In this document: in pieces, positions 34,666 through 35,846 of the stretch
Numbering within the stretch: position 1 is the stretch's first letter
How the letters are laid out: each line of letters begins with the position of its first letter
Origin: an uncultured virus (IMG/VR IMGVR_UViG_3300043410_000946)
Taxonomy: Duplodnaviria > Heunggongvirae > Uroviricota > Caudoviricetes
DNA length: 35,846 bases
Virus record (IMG/VR): IMGVR_UViG_3300043410_000946
Direction: 5' to 3' (one strand)
Notes under the pieces: generated by a model
Database searches by the model: none
What the model saw: the letters and a program-made list of their open reading frames with translations, nothing else
Told to the model about the DNA's origin: nothing
Translations under genes and position numbers: made by a program

Positions 34666-35846
34666 CTATTTGCTGGCTCTACCTTCTCCTTTTGGATTCC
34701 GTCCACTAACTGTTGCTGATCCATCTGATTGGTTATTCAGTCTCTCTGAATCCCGTTCACGATTTGCCTCATTATTCTGTTGCTCTGGCTTTACCTGAAG
34801 TGGCTCATCGCCACCATCTCTCTGAGGCATACCCAGAATAACTCTTGCTTCGTTTGGAACCATGATCTGGTTCTTGACGTAACGCTCAAGAATCTGTGAC
34901 TGAGCAATTTCATCTGTGAGAGTAAGTTCATTAAACTTAAAATCAAGAATGTCTGTCTTTTCACGTATGATCTTGTTAATCATTTTGTTCATCTTGTCCT
35001 GTGCTGGACGAGCAACCTGTTCCTTAAAAGTACGGTCTTGTGCAAGGGCTGCAGCGATTGCTGCTGAATCAGAGCCACCAAGTTTAGAAAGAGGAACTTG
35101 ATGTGCAACCAAAATATCATCACGGTTTTGCTTGCGATATTCTTTGAACGAACCTTCTTGAACACCGTTCTCAATAGGCTTCATATCAAACTCAACCTTG
35201 TTGGTGTCTGAATCTCCAGGAAGTGGAATATAAAGTGTTCTATGGTTTTGCCCCTTAAGCCCAGTTTGTAAGAATCTAAACATCTTGTCTTCTGCCTCTG
35301 GTGATAACTTTGCACCCTTTAGTGTTACAACATATCTTGGAACAGCCTTATTGCTAAAGAAATCAATATTGTATTGTGAAGCAAGTGCATCACCATAGAG
35401 TGAGTTAATTGCTGACAAAATATCTGGAACACCATAAAATGTATTTAATGGTGAATATGACTTAAAGTGAATAATTTCATTTGGTCTTGGATCTGTTCCA
35501 AGTGGGTTTGGATTTGTAGCACCAAAGTTACGGAAGTAAACAACTTTATTTCCAATAACCTGAACAAAGCCATCACGAAGTCTACGAACACGAATTGTTG
35601 TAGAAGGAATGTGACCTACATAACCAATCTCACCTTTAACGGTTCTACCAATTTCAAGGTAGCCATTTCCAGTTGCTTGTAGATCTGTAAAAACCTTTTC
35701 CATAGATGCAGTAAATGAATCTTCGTCATTAAGTGACTCTAGCCAATCACGGACTTCAATCTTTGCTCTTTCAATTCTCTTACGAGCACGACCAACTGCT
35801 TCTTTATCTGTAGATGATTCTAGTTTCAACATTGTTCTAGATGATA
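34666..35846 (-). CDS. portal protein (5'-truncated by the window edge)
   Basis: TGNGYLEI, EIIHFK..SPLNTFYGVP, FFSNKAVP, PNEARVILGMP..DGGD; frame stays open to the window end. Confidence 0.93.
   Translation of the reverse strand, partial: SSRTMLKLESSTDKEAVGRARKRIERAKIEVRDWLESLNDEDSFTASMEKVFTDLQATGNGYLEIGRTVKGEIGYVGHIPSTTIRVRRLRDGFVQVIGNKVVYFRNFGATNPNPLGTDPRPNEIIHFKSYSPLNTFYGVPDILSAINSLYGDALASQYNIDFFSNKAVPRYVVTLKGAKLSPEAEDKMFRFLQTGLKGQNHRTLYIPLPGDSDTNKVEFDMKPIENGVQEGSFKEYRKQNRDDILVAHQVPLSKLGGSDSAAIAAALAQDRTFKEQVARPAQDKMNKMINKIIREKTDILDFKFNELTLTDEIAQSQILERYVKNQIMVPNEARVILGMPQRDGGDEPLQVKPEQQNNEANRERDSERLNNQSDGSATVSGRNPKGEGRASK

Noticed and set aside
1..35846. Alternative genetic code, tRNAs, CRISPR array, DGR or large ncRNA
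   Set aside because: Genes are full length under code 11 with TAA, TAG and TGA all used as stops. Intergenic gaps are under 90 nt and explained by promoters and hairpins. No repeat-spacer array or reverse transcriptase was seen.

Overview
Gene-dense, AT-rich (roughly 38-40% GC by eye) segment of a long-tailed dsDNA phage (Caudoviricetes, siphovirus-type gene set). Every supportable gene is on the minus strand. In transcription order (right to left) the head module is portal (5'-truncated), prohead protease-scaffold fusion, major capsid protein and a post-capsid protein. The tail module follows: adaptor, stopper, neck, terminator, major tail tube, two tail assembly chaperone genes, a 3081-aa tape measure protein, distal tail and tail-tip proteins, and minor tail proteins. 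A replication/recombination module comes next with no strand switch: MerR-like HTH protein, DnaB helicase, primase, SSB, DnaE-type Pol III alpha, MazG-like protein, NrdH, RecA and a PD-(D/E)xK resolvase-like nuclease. The NrdH type and leaderless-looking starts suggest an actinobacterial host (inference). Main observations: (1) the tail assembly chaperone pair appears to be two paralogous, separately expressed genes (a long GT-like gene and a short G-like gene) rather than one frameshifting locus; (2) an exact in-frame 24-nt direct repeat brackets 6.9 kb of a mosaic tape measure gene; (3) extended -10 promoters (TGnTAnAnT) recur at most gene boundaries that have an intergenic gap; (4) the DnaE seems to lack the internal clamp-binding segment and to carry two OB folds. 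No tRNA, CRISPR array, intron, intein or integrase was seen. Functional calls come from visual motif recognition and synteny, not database searches.
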